32,826 bases of DNA from a virus (taxonomy: Duplodnaviria; Caudoviricetes), in IMG/VR virus record IMGVR_UViG_3300037863_000038, positions 1 through 32,826 of that record; one strand, given 5' to 3'. This document shows, piece after piece, positions 32,434-32,826 of the stretch (its first letter is position 1; each line of letters opens with the position of its first letter). The notes under the pieces are model-generated. The model saw nothing but the letters and a program-made list of their open reading frames with translations, did not search any database and was not told where the DNA came from. A program made the position numbers and the translations under genes.

Positions 32434-32801
32434 ACTGCCCCATTTGCAACACATGGACTGAACAGATTGATACACGCAAAAGAGCAGGCAGTATTTTTAG
32501 GCGATACGAGTGCGCCAACTTGCACCGTTTTACAACCAAGGACGACGATGTGATAAGCACTCACGAACAAAAACGAGGGCGCGGACGGCCCCGCAAGCCG
32601 ACGCACACCATCAACTCAAGCAACACCATCGCCGTCTCGACTGACACGTACTGGATACCCCTCGACGCTGACACACCGCGCAACGTCAAGATACAACTGC
32701 TGACCAAGGCAGGCGTTGCCATGTACGGCAACCTGACCGGCGACATTACTTTTTTCACGCACTGGTGCCCGCTACCCAAGAAAAGGACTGACAATGTTTG
32801 A
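32430..32801 (+). CDS. Zn-ribbon plus AT-hook plus DUF551-like protein
   Basis: GTG start in a GTGA overlap; CPIC...DTR...RRYECANLHRFTT, KRGRGRPRK, YWIP...THWCPLP. Confidence 0.7.
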   Translation: MNCPICNTWTEQIDTRKRAGSIFRRYECANLHRFTTKDDDVISTHEQKRGRGRPRKPTHTINSSNTIAVSTDTYWIPLDADTPRNVKIQLLTKAGVAMYGNLTGDITFFTHWCPLPKKRTDNV

Positions 32802-32826
32802 CCTGATTCGCTTCGACCACAATTCA
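32800..32826. repeat. Terminal direct repeat, copy 2
   Basis: Identical to 1-27. Confidence 0.97.

Noticed and set aside
1-32826. tRNA genes, stop-codon reassignment or programmed frameshift
   Set aside because: Intergenic gaps are short with no cloverleaf seen; genes are full length in the standard code using all three stops; no split gene needing a frameshift

Overview
The window is an apparently complete, circular (circularly permuted) tailed-phage genome of 32,799 bp. Bases 1-27 are repeated exactly at 32800-32826, and one gene reads through the junction. There are two divergent arms, switching at about 23770-23890. The minus-strand arm carries a Cro-like HTH, a primase-polymerase/AAA helicase, an iteron-rich putative origin, an HNH-like gene, a small secreted peptide, a ParB-DNA methyltransferase, and small and large terminase. 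It continues with a P22/Sf6-type podovirus module (portal, scaffold, coat, gp4, gp10, needle-like protein, three ejection proteins, tailspike) and a holin/GH108 lysis cassette. The plus-strand arm carries a Sak4-like ATPase, DUF669 SSB-like protein, Cas4-like exonuclease, free-standing HNH-NUMOD3 endonuclease, SF2 helicase, VRR-NUC, Arc-like repressor, a short C5-methyltransferase-like gene and many small early genes. I saw no integrase, CI repressor, tRNA, CRISPR array, reverse transcriptase or spanin. A freshwater betaproteobacterial (Burkholderiales-like) host is an inference from the gene repertoire and promoter style. The most interesting signals are non-coding. Three internal promoters in the structural arm share the form TTGWCR-N16-18-GAWAAT, and two of them are followed directly by compact pseudoknot-like leaders in front of the scaffold and ejection-protein genes. 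A candidate 65-70 nt antisense RNA covers an RBS. Several small genes missed by the ORF track also stand out, as do a HiPIP-like Cys protein inside the tail module and a small protein ending in an SSB-tail mimic. All family assignments are by eye and need HMM confirmation.
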